Below are positions 26,196 to 38,000 of a stretch of 64,000 nucleotides of DNA, one piece after another; the first letter of the stretch is position 1, and the number at the start of each line of letters is the position of its first letter. This stretch comes from Paraphysomonas bandaiensis (lineage: Eukaryota; Protista; Chrysophyceae): the NCBI GenBank assembly GCA_965644295.1, contig CBFFRP010000144.1, forward strand, positions 124,001 to 188,000, in the 5' to 3' direction. Below the pieces are notes generated by a model that ran no database searches, was not told the origin of the DNA, and saw only the letters and a list, made by a program, of their open reading frames with translations. Both the position numbers and the translations under genes were made by a program.

Positions 26196-29100
26196 ATGAG
26201 TATTGCTGTTACGAGGCGTGCCAATGATTTGGCCACAAAGAAAGCTCTCATTGAGAAACAGGTAGGTGTCCGCTATCGACTCAACTCTATTCGTCTAACA
26301 TGAGGCGTTAGTTACATATTTCTAAATCTACTGATGAATTGTTCCACTATGCGGAGAAGAAGAGGAGGCTGACGCAGGCCAGGTCTGTTGCTGTCCTCAC
26401 TTTCATCAGCACAATAATACTCTCGTTACGTATTATGTGTCTGCTCTATGTGTAGTATGTGCTTTATTCTTTATATGAAATGATGTTATCATGCCTTATC
26501 TATCACCCTGTGGAACAACACATGATACATACACAGGGAGTATTACGCATCGGCGAGAATACAAGGCATAATAAGAGGGTTTCTGGCGAGGCTTATTTTT
26601 AAAGAAAAACTCCGAATATTCCGAGCGGTGATTTTAATACAGAAACTTTTGAGAGGAAAGCTGGGACGGATTAAATGGATGCGTGAATACTGGAAGTCCA
26701 AGTCAGTTGTGCGGTCAGCTACTGCGCTTGCGGTAAATGGGAGTCAATTTGCTAATCTTTGTTATAACACCTGCGACAGGATCTTGTGGCTAGATCGACA
26801 ATAGTGCGAGACGATGGGGAAGAGAGGGGATGGAAGGAAATGTTCGACCCTGTTACATTTGGTTTTTGGTACTATCATGAACACTACGGCATGAACACCT
26901 GGAGTTGTCCACTGTCATTACAGAAGGAACTAGTGTGTCGGTGGGATGGATTCCATAAATTTGGCGGGGTGACCTGTCAGCAGCGGTGCCGACAAGTATT
27001 TGACAATATGCTGGAGTACAGGGGCCATATGACCAAGGCTCACCGTTGGTACTGCCCTGCTTGCGAGGCGAAAAATGTCGGGTTAGTTTTCCCTAAGTGC
27101 TCGCTATGCGGAAATGTACTCTCCGAAGATGGCGAGGATGCTTTAGAGGTTTTGTATCCCAGCATATTTGGTATTTTCGTAACTATGTTGTATATATGAA
27201 TGTAGATGATGAAAAAACATGCCGAAGATATTGACAGGCATTTGAATCGCTTCCTTGCAAAGGATGAGGCGTACAAGAACCCTGAATACAAGATCCGTGA
27301 CCGTATGATTCAGATGAGTCTTATCTTGCGAGAGGACAGAGAGGAGGAGAAGCGTGAGAAGGAGAGACTAGAACTGGAAGCTAGCAAGGTTATCAAGCGT
27401 GCCAAAACTTTCGAAAGTAAAGTGTCCGGAATATTTAGTACCAGTGACAATTTACCGGATGTGGGTAGCCCACAGTTTAAAGAACGCAAGAAGAAAAAGA
27501 CGGTCATGGACAAATACAAGGGGAAGAATAGAGCTCGGTTGATGCGAGTAAGTATCTATCGTATTTGTGCTGTTCACACTTTTGAATAACGCAGTGCAGA
27601 AAAGCAGCTCAGTAAGCATTGAAAGGAAGGTAGAAATTGGAACTATCCCTGTGCCATTGCCCATGCAGCGGCGCATACATGAAATGCCTCCTGTTACAGA
27701 GAAGGAAGATCCAGTGCTATTTGGGGCCATCCCACCCATGGATTTTGATATCATCGTGGAGGACAGGTAATACGAAGCGTGCACATTGGAAAGATATGTA
27801 ATGGTTGGGTGTTAATTGTGTATAGTTCTCACATGGTGGAGGAAGAAGCGGAAGCGGCGGATGATCTGTCTCTTTCTGATTTTTCTCTCTCTTCATCACA
27901 GATATTTCTTGCGCCGGAGATAAAGGATATGCTCCAGGTACTTATACCAGTATACTTCGACATCATTACTCAATGATTTGCTGATGCTTCTGTAGGTGTG
28001 CAAGCCCTACTTGAATCACACATGCACGCTTACCACATGTCCCCATGCGCACCCCCATATAAGGGACAAAGCAAAGGTCACGTATGCGAGGTGAATATTT
28101 CTCACTATTCATATATGTGATTGTGCGTGCTTGTGATGTTGTTAGTTGAGTATTTTCCATTCATATACATGTATATTGATGTACCAGTAACCTGACGTAT
28201 ATTCATATATATATGGTTTTCATGCAACACACTGGGATTCAGGATTCCTGGACTTACGAGACGAGTACCATTTGTAAGTGTGTGCGAAGAATGGATTGTT
28301 GGAAGCTGCCCACGGGGTGAAACGTGTGAGAAGTATCACGTGTACGTTCGCCCATCTACCAAGGACATAATCCAGAGGATGTATCCTATACAGGTATCTT
28401 CCCGTACATTATTTAATGCTGTAAAATATATTTTATATATGTTGTATGTGTATGATGTTCTCTGTGTGCGCTTCACAAATGTGTACAGGAGGGAACTAGG
28501 GCACAGATATTCAAGAGTGGAGCGGTGCTGGAGGGAAATGTCAAGGGAAACCAATTCCGTGGATACGGTGTGATGCACTGGAAGTCTAAGGCCACATATA
28601 TGGGTGACTGGAAGGGGGGCATGCGGCATGGATTTGGAATTTATCGATCGCGGGATGGACGTGAGTACGTCGGGCTTTGGCGAGAGGGGCGTAAGGACGG
28701 ATGGGGAGTATTGACACATCCCAATGGGGAGGAGTACGTTGGCCAGTTTAAAGAAGGCAAAATGTCGGGAATAGGTACACTCACAAGTCGATCTGGTGAC
28801 GTGTATGAAGGCATGTTTGAGAAAGGAAAATACGAAGGGTTTGGAACATTCCGCAAGAAGAATGGAGATGTATATATGGGTTACTGCCGCAGCGGCATGG
28901 CGGATGGTCTTGGGGTCCTTTCTCTTTTCACTGGTGAGAAGTACAAAGGATATTTTTCGAGGAATGCTCGACATGGCAAGGGTGTTTGTGCATATCCCAA
29001 TGGGTCTCGGTATGCTGGACTATGGTATCGGGGTATGCACGAAGGCTACGGGATATACTTGGCACCGCCAGATGAAAATGGGACACGAGAGAGGTATGCT

Positions 29101-30181
29101 GGGGAATGGGCAGCTGGAAAGAAGCATGGGCAGGGCCGGTACTTCTTTGCCAATGGTGACTTTTACGATGGCGACTTCAGGGTAAATAAAGCCAAGGGTA
29201 TGGGAATATACGTTCATACTGTGGAGGGTAATATATACAAGGGGGAGTGGGACAATGACATGCGGAACGGCAGAGGAACGTACAATTTTTCTAACGGCAG
29301 TCGCTACACGGGTGGGTGGTTGAACAACGACATTCACGGGAAAGGAAAATTTGACTTCGCATGTGGATCATTTTACAGGGGTGAGTTCAAGAAGAATATC
29401 AAGCATGGCCGCGGTGTTTTTGTGTGGCCGAATGGGAACACGTACAAAGGGACTTTTGTCGAAGGAATCATGGAGGGGCAGGGGGAGATGAAGTATTGTA
29501 CCGGACATGTGTACACCGGCAGCTGGCGTGATAACAAAAAGAATGGGTTTGGAGTGTTTAGGTACTTTGAGGGACACGTATATGAGGGGCATTGGGTGGA
29601 TGATGTGCGAGAGGGTAAGGGTAAGATGACGTTTTATCCAGGCACCTACCTACAAGAAAGGTATGAAGGAGACTGGGTGGCGGGACAGATGCATGGAGAG
29701 GGAACATATATTTATAGGGAGGCTGATGGAACGGTGTACGAGGGAAGCTGGGTAAAAAACCGTCGTCATGGGAAAGGAAAGATAACATTTAAAGACAAGA
29801 GCTTTTACCGCGGCGACTTCGTGGATGAACAGATGCACGGAAGAGGGGTTCATGTCAGTGCGGATGGAACGCAGTACGAGGGAGAGTGGTACGAAAACAA
29901 GCGTCATGGAGATGGTATACTAATGGCTACGGACGGGAGCATTTACCAGGGCACCTTTTGGCACAATCGGCGACACGGCAAAGGAACAACGGAGTATGTT
30001 AGTGGGAACATGTATACTGGGACATGGGATGAGGGCCACATCACAGGGAAAGGAGTCGTGACACTGCAGTGTGGAGAGGGATCTTTCGGTGGGCCTACTC
30101 AGGTACTAAGTCTATCGTCAAGTTGTACGTTTAATAGACGTTGATATCTTTCAGGTTCGGGTGAAAGTATTTGGCTTCTAG
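26196..30181 (+). CDS. MORN-repeat protein with N-terminal IQ motifs, a WW domain and C2H2, RanBP2-like and CCCH zinc fingers; multi-exon
   Basis: IQGIIRGFLAR and IQKLLRGKLGR; GWKEMFDPVTFGFWYYHEHYGMNTWSCP; C..C..H..H; WYCPAC...CSLC; CKPYLNHTCTLTTCPHAH and CEEWIVGSCPRGETCEKYH; over 20 YxGxWxxGxxHGxG MORN repeats at 28525-30060. Last exon VRVKVFGF* ends at 30181. Confidence 0.9.
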
Positions 30182-30686
30182 ATAAATAGTTTATGTGTAA
30201 ATGCAACTGTATATAACGACGGATACGATTTCATATCTACCTCATACCGAGTGTATGAAGATAGTAGACCATATGTGCTTGTTTAGAAATGCAGGTTCAA
30301 TTTTGATCAGAGGTATACTTGCGACGAATTGTAGAAAGATTGCTTTATAATATGTACATCACTGAAGTTGAACGCTACCTGTTACGAATCACTATTTACC
30401 TATCTAATAATATAGGTGAAAACAATGTACGCATACGCACAATGAAATAACAGTGTCAACATGAGAAGGCACGAGATACAATGAAGTATGATTCGTTTTA
30501 GTGCTCCAACCATTGTGCTGCATTATTTGGGTTTCACAATGAATTCACTCTTTGACTAATAATAAACTGGTGCTCACAATCACAAAAAAATAAGTTTCTG
30601 TTGTGTTTATCTATTTTAAAATCTCCATTTTTTATTACACTTGCAACAAGGGCCACCATGATTTATTCCTTTAGTAGTGAATATGT

Positions 30687-31784
30687 CAGGGCCTGGTAAC
30701 CGTTAATGGTAACGGCATTAATGGTAATGCCATTATAATTGCCGGAAACTGGACTATCATTAATAGTATCCCATTAGTAGAATGTACTGGTACTTGATAT
30801 ATGCTATATATAGCACTAAGTGAAATCTAAATAATATGCTTAACAATAAACAATGTTCATGCAACTCTACAGCTACTTTGTGGAAACTTTATTCATTATC
30901 AGCGACAAACTTAATGCTACAAGAATTAGAAAATAGTTTCCTGGGCAATAAGGTAACAACGTACTCATACTCAAAATGTGCATATTTCACCTAGAAAACA
31001 TTCATAAAAATATTCTTTTTCCCCAAGAAAGTTGAAAGGAGCTGCAGTACACAACTAAACAAAATAATTTTACTCTGCAATATAAAGCAACGATGATTGT
31101 CAAAAGAGTTGATGAGAGTGTAATTTACAGAGTCTTCTCAGTATCACCGAGTCACCTTCCTTCGTTCCGGCTTTATGTTTGTTTTTGACTCAGAGCGAGC
31201 AAACTGGTATTCCTTGTTGATGAAAGATCTAAAGACGTTTAAGAATGCGGCTTGCTCTCATCCGATAGAAATCACGACAAATATGCAGGAACTGATTTTG
31301 CACAGGGTGTTCGGGACAGCGCCGAGGTCACCAAGAGTGCTCGACTTGGTACCTATGAGTCCAACTACTGCTGCTTGCTTTATGTCGAAGCAAATCTAAT
31401 GTTGTTGAGAGGCTCTTTAGTCGTGCAAACTATTCGATTAGGGTTAGGGTTAGGGTTAGGGTTAGGGTTAATCTCACCTGAACGTAGAAACATGAATCCA
31501 TATCGCCTAGAATTATTGCTATTCCTACAGCCAATTACATGTTGTGGGATGCTTATTCCCACCTTGAAGCCCTCTGCAAGATCCTGATGTGCCAGTGGAG
31601 AGCGAGAAGTAGTTACAATTCGTAGTCTGTTATTACACTAAAAATTAGTAATTAAGGGAGAATAACTACACTATCTATATAGGAGTGGTACTATCTAATT
31701 TTAGGTATTAATGGCCCACTAATTGCCAATATAATTTGCCGGGAACTAGACTACCATAATTTAATGGTTACCAGTCAGGCTCTG
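30687..31784 (+). mobile_element. Second, internally deleted and more degraded copy of the CAGGGCCTG hAT family
   Basis: Left TIR identical to that at 23293. Right end degenerate (atggttaccagtcaggctctg). Flanks gaatatgt/gaatgtct look like an eroded TSD. 31260-31630 aligns closely with 24320-24640. Confidence 0.88.
31438..31470 (+). repeat. Interstitial telomeric repeat (TTAGGG)5TTA
   Basis: Five perfect TTAGGG units read directly. Absent at the homologous site (24480-24500) of the sister transposon. Confidence 0.95.
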
Positions 31785-31855
31785 GAATGTCTTATTGTTA
31801 GCAACACAGGCGTTTAAGCGCCAGAACTAATTTAGAATTTCAATTTAACTAACTA

Positions 31856-32320
31856 GTGCTTACCCCTCAACAAAATCGGAGTCGCACCTTTTAGGGGTGT
31901 TCTGGGGGATAAGTACCGGAGAGATTTCTCCGAGAAACTAACATGAGCCGCCCACATTGCCAGCAGGTAATGTCTGCCCACTCAGAGTCTAATGCTTGTG
32001 TGTGATACAAGAAGGGACACTAATGAAAGTCACTTGTGTAGATGTCTTTGGATCCTGATGAATAAACATGCATTCGGGAATGAGCCCACCTCAAGGGCAT
32101 CCGGGACTGGGCCAACCTGAAGAGTAATCGAGAAATTGGGCTGTCTGCTGAAGTCAACCAGTATCGGGCTGTTCACCTTAAAGACTCAAAAATCCTGATG
32201 TCAGCAGATGCCAGGTACATCAGCATTCTGCCTGCTCACTGCGTTTGCTTGAGTGATAGAGCGGAAGTGGTTGCATCATTGTGCTTGCAGGTGACGCACA
32301 AGCAGCTTTCGTAGTAGGAT
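31856..32320 (+). repeat. Unclassified hairpin-rich dispersed repeat, copy B
   Basis: Collinear with 11489-11885. Carries an extra ~70-nt segment (32189-32257) that is also present in copy C. Confidence 0.85.
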
Positions 32321-32959
32321 ATAGTAGGCTCCAAATGTTTATCAAATTCACACTATGCACTTTTGATGCATGTGCCTTTGGTCTTAGATTATAGACAATG
32401 GTTTCAAATTATGTGATTCCGTTGAGACGATTACTGGCCGCAGACACCAATTCTCCACAGGTAAAAATCGAAGCTAGCAAATTGCTTGTTTAACCTAACC
32501 CTAACCTAAACCTCGCAATTTAGCCACCGGTCTAACAGTTCCATACACGTCATATTGAATCACATCATGTTCCCTGCAGCGCTATCAACGATTTTGAGTG
32601 CTTCCGCCACATGTTGAACAGTCCTTTCGAGTCATTTATTAAGTTCCTCCTCGTATTCGTTTCTAGAGTCCTAAATGGTTTTCTAACCCTAATCCTAAAG
32701 TATGATCATACTTTGGGTTTCTTCGTCCAGTTGATCACCCCAAACTGATAGAACTTCGGATATTGCTTCCAATCCAAACTACCACCCGCGACCATGTAGT
32801 GTTTGATATGGAACTCACTCAATAATCAGTTAGAAAAATATATCTCAATAACATTTCTCATCAATCATTGTCATTCACAATATTACCAGATTCGTTTATA
32901 GAGCCAATATAATTCAGTTTAGCTAAGCTACTTCATAGAACATCATCAACTTCATATAC

Positions 32960-33270
32960 TCATATACTGTCTTTAAAAGACGGATTGTTCAGCCAAGTAA
33001 AGGCCGTAATTCGAAAACTTAGAAATGCAGCTTTCAATGGCTTGAAAATAGGCATGGTGAACTGATATATTATATTGATGTATAGGATCGTAGCTATCTA
33101 AGATCTGGCATCATTGATTTGTAGAAGTGACGAGATAAATTTAGTGAATGATAATGAATGACGAGGGATGTTGATCACAGCTTCCTTAATTGTCTGTTGC
33201 GTGTACGTTAAGATCATTTTAATCAAGGTAAACAATTAAACCATCCTACAAATGCCGATTTCGGATAATT
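32960..33270 (-). repeat. Old AT-rich dispersed repeat, inverted homolog of 24880-25150
   Basis: Reverse complement shares the collinear blocks listed for 24880-25150. Confidence 0.65.
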
Positions 33271-33452
33271 ACGTCCTTACCTCAGTGTCAGATACACATA
33301 TCAACTATATCTGTAAAAACAGTGTAATTTATGTACATCAGTTCTCATTATTTCTGCAACGCTGAATTCGTTTCTTTGCTACAATCATGCCTGTTCCATT
33401 CACAACCAAAGGTTGCATACATTTTAGCAAAACGACAGGGCTAAAACCATAA

Positions 33453-34169
33453 TCATACTACAGTATTCATACGATATGTCCTCATTTCACAATTTTGAAA
33501 CCTGACAAATTGCTGAGAATCCCCCGGCTCCAAAACTCTCGCAAACAACACTCTAAGAAACGCTGAATGGGATACAACAATAATTTCTGACTCTGAGCGG
33601 TTCTCAATCCATCGAACGAATTCCCGTGCCCTCTTCTCCAAGTCATCCGCAGGCTCCCGTTCGTCGTATAAGTGATATAGGGGGTCCCTATCTTGAGTGA
33701 TCTCACCGAAATCAACAATATCGCAATACGACGAAAGGTGGGATATTGGTAGGCGTCTATCGCATGGATGTAGACCAGTCTGCTCCCTCACACACTCCAG
33801 AGCTATCAAAAATATGTGTCACAATGGTGCATATATAGGAATCCATGCTACAAACCTACCTATCCAAGGAACCTTGCCCACCATGTGAGGGAAGCATAGT
33901 CTAGCGGTTTGTAAGGTTCTGCGCATAGGCGACACCACGAGAAGGCTCGCATTATTCATACTCGTGCTTTTAGAAATTTCGTCGCAAAAGTCACGGCACT
34001 GACTCCTCCCCAACTCAGATATCTCCGCATCCTCTAGATCCTCCCGTAAATACTGAGATCTGTCAATCTCACCCGCCTCATTGTGGTAACCATGCGCGTG
34101 CCGGAGGAAGTGTATCAGCTTTGTCTTCATCCGATTTGAAGAGCTGGTCACAGACTCTGGGGAAAGCAT
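33453..34169 (-). CDS. Histidine phosphatase / phosphoglycerate mutase-like protein (PMU1-like), 2 exons
   Basis: LRHAHGYHN catalytic motif, VSPMRRTLQT, ECVREQTGLHPCDRR, IIVVSHSAFL, FQNCE. Intron 33803-33859 joins the two ORFs in frame. Confidence 0.93.
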
Positions 34170-34206
34170 GATGATGCGCAGTTGAGCGAGCGATATGAAT
34201 GTACAG

Positions 34207-34921
34207 TATGTATGTATGTATGTATGTATGTATGTATGTATGTATGTATGTATGTATGTATGTATGTATGTATGTATGTATGTATGTATGTATGTATGTA
34301 TGTATGTATGTATGTATGTATGTATGTATGTATGTATGTATGTATGTATGTATGTATGTATGTATGTATGTATGTATGTATGTATGTATGATGTACAGTA
34401 TGTATGTATGTATGTATGTATGTATGTATGTATGTATGTATGTATGTATGTATGTATGTATGTATGTATGTATGTATGTATGTATGTATGTATGTATGTA
34501 TGTATGTATGTATGTATGTATGTATGTATGTATGTATGTATGTATGTATGTATGTATGTATGTATGTATGTATGTATGTATGTATGTATGTACGTATGTA
34601 TGTATGTATGTATGTATGTATGTATGTATGTATGTATGTATGTATGTATGTATGTATGTACAGTATGTATGTATGTATGTATGTATGTATGTATGTATGT
34701 ATGTATGTATGTATGTATGTATGTATGTATGTATGTATGTATGTATGTATGTATGTATGTATGTATGTATGTATGTATGTATGTATGTATGTATGTATGT
34801 ATGTATGTATGTATGTATGTATGTATGTATGTATGTATGTATGTATGTATGTATGTATGTATGTACAGTATGTATGTATGTATGTATGTATGTATGTATG
34901 TATGTACAGTATGTATGTATG
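34207..34921. repeat. (TATG)n tetranucleotide microsatellite, ~715 bp
   Basis: Directly visible. Interrupted by tacag variants near 34394, 34659, 34864 and 34905, and by one tacg at 34591. Confidence 0.99.
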
Positions 34922-35062
34922 GATATCAGTGCGTTTGATTGGTTATGTTGATCGATATGTTGTTCTGTATTCCTCTTGTGTGATCTATATGCATCATCTT
35001 AGGCTGCTAGGCTGTTAGGCTGTTAGCACTACTCACTAATTTATTTGCTTAAGTTATACGAG

Positions 35063-38000
35063 ATGAATCTACCGGATTTACTTAGCGACCTCCTAGGTGT
35101 GGATAACGTACGTCGCAGAGACGCTGAACGCAAGTATGAGACTTTAAAATCCTCCAGCATGCCTCAGGTTAGATAGCATATATTACCTTCGGGCTTTTCT
35201 CCCTGTTACCAACTTTTATATGCTGTGGTAGCTGGCCAGAGAAATAGTTTCTACCATTCGTAATGATTCTGATGAGGGCAGACGAGGACTAGCCGCTGTT
35301 CTGCTCAGAGGAATCATAGTTCATGACGCTAGTACTCCACCGGTAGATGCGACCAATAGATATCTGTATTACTCACTTATGGGTTTTATATAAGGAGAGT
35401 GTCTCTTGGGATTTGAGGAATGATATTCTTCACTGCATGCTCCACGAGCCCGTGGGACATGTACAGCGCAAAATAGCGCATGCTGGTAGTTTCTATATTG
35501 GGATGTGTTTCCACAGTAATTTTCATATTAGTCGCTGCGTTAGCGAATATGGCTGAGTGGCCCGAACTCTTGCACAGTTTACCACAGATGTCTCTTTCTC
35601 CGGATCCTCGCATGCACTACCTTTGTTACTTTCTTATCGACAAGCTTGCAGGTTGCTGTTAAATAACCGTAATCGAATAGTGTCTCCTTATCTTGACTGC
35701 ATTGTAGAATATATAGGCCCCATTTTATTGGATAATGTTGGGGTTGTATGGGAAATTCTATCGCGGGGATTAGGGATGGATACCCCATTGTCGCTAAGAG
35801 TAGGTGCTGTGAACGCTGTTCTCTCTCTTCTCCATGAAGTTCCAGCCGACGTATTGAGTTCATCGGTACGGATTTTCCCTTCTCATACAACTGTTTCATA
35901 ACCGCATTGAATTCTATGTACAGCCTCATTCTTCCCTATTGTGCGGACTGGAAGCTGCGCACAGTATTATGCAGGCTGCGATGGAAGGTGGGTGGTGACA
36001 TAATTCGTACATTCTGTACTCAGGCTCTGTAAAAGGGGGCGATGAAGACAACCTTGTGGCTCTGTCTGGTAATATAATGCTTTGGTCTCATTGTATTACA
36101 TTGGGTGAAATCTTTACCTATGCTCACAGAGTCAGTCCTGCGACTAGTCTCAAACAAGCCAGAACTCACAGCTAGTTGCTGGGGTGGAATATTTGAGGTG
36201 CATACAGTCTTTTCTATTGTACTCAGTGGGGATGAAATGCACGACAGGTGTCCACTCGAGTTTGCTTGAACGCAGATATCGCGGATACAGTCAAGTGTAT
36301 TGCTTTGGGGGTACTTGCAATAACTATCTAATATCACTGGACTTACTTGCACTTCAGATATGTGTACAGCTCCTAACCAGCCCTTCCTCGTTGTGCTTCT
36401 GCAGGTTTTTTGCATACGTATATTAACTCATGATTGTGATTCCACTATTAGTAATGCAGAGTCGAGAGCTAGGTTTATTTCTCTCTGCGTGAAGTTGATG
36501 TCTGACATCGAAATCACAGACGGTAGGTGAACAGATTTTCCTTCTGCGAAGTGATTGACCTTATCCTCTAGATGGGTCCAGTCCGGGGTCTAATTATTCA
36601 TATACCCGCCCTCCTCCGTCAGACGACTTTTTCGGTGATGAAGATGGTGACGAGTCGGATTTGATAGAACACTCTACGCAGTCTCTGGAAAAAATGATTC
36701 GAGTTTTCCCAATAGAAGAATCGATCTCAGTTGTTTGTGGCTTACTTCCTCCCCTGTTACAGGTGTTGTTGACATACGGTTTCACATGGTGTTTTAATTT
36801 AAAATATAGGGTGACATCGGGTCTATCCGAACTGGTTTGGTTGTAACTAGCGTATTATTCGATACTCTTTCCGCAGAGATGCAGGCATATCTTACGCAGG
36901 TATTGACACTATTCCTTTCGTGTTACTCACGTCTTACTCTTTTCCGCTCAGATTGTTCCCGTGGTCCTTAACTACACGGAGCACCCATCACCCCGGTTCG
37001 TTCCTAATGTGACGCACGTATAGCTTTTCTTACCTTTCTCTAGAATTCGATTTTGTTCCTTTCGATGCTGCAAGTCTATTATATTATCACGCGAATCTGA
37101 ACATGAAGACGACGAAGGAGGCAATGATTCTTCTGCAAGGAATTTCGTGTCTGGGTATTACACTAGATTCCTTCCCTTAGCGCTTCAATCTTTACAGGTG
37201 GGCACTCTTTTTTGTTGATATTTCACAATCTGATTTGAGCTGAAAGGACAATTTTCAATTTCCAAGAGTTGCATATGCTGCATTGAATTCACTGCGGGCA
37301 TTTTGTGACCCACAGGTGTGTATCTTAAGCCCAATTTAGATTGCTTAATTCTTTATGTTAGGATTGTCCTGGATACGTACTCCAGAGTTTTGCAGGTAAT
37401 GAATGTAAATTGTTATCCTCTCGGACTTTACTGCTGTGCAGGAATCATATTAGAGGCAGCATGGAGTGTACTTAATACTCCCCAGTATCCGCTGTTTGTG
37501 ATGGTGAGTGCATTTTTGCTGTTCCGTTGGAATGATACCTTGTTAGGAGGAAGCAGTCAGCCTGGCTGGAAATGTATCGCTTCTCTCACCGGATGGGGTG
37601 TTTGATCCTTTTTACATTCCCTTTATGACGTATCTGAAAGACACTTTTTCTTCGGAGAAACTCGACACCTGTGATGATGCGATTGAGATATCACGATACA
37701 AGGTTGGTACAAGTCGTCACTTATTATTCAACCGATACAATGTATACGCAAAAGGGAAAATGCTTAGAATGTGCCGCATTGATGGGGACGGCTGTTGGTA
37801 TCCATACGTTTCACGACGATGCCATCAGATTGATGAATGAAATGACTGCAGCAACTGAATCGGTTTGCTTACGTTGTCATATCACTTGCTTCAGGCTAAC
37901 GTCAAGTAGGGGCTTGACTATACGGAACCTTTGTCGTCCTACATTGTGCAGACGTGCGCTCGTGTAGCAGGTATGATTGGTCGTGCAATGTCTGAACGAC

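Noticed and set aside
31252-31587. ORFs with LGLGLGLG or NPNPNPNP runs
   Set aside because: Translation of the TTAGGG insertion within a transposase remnant.
34182-35018. Four overlapping (MYVC)n ORFs
   Set aside because: They are translations of the TATG microsatellite, which has no stop codons in any forward frame.
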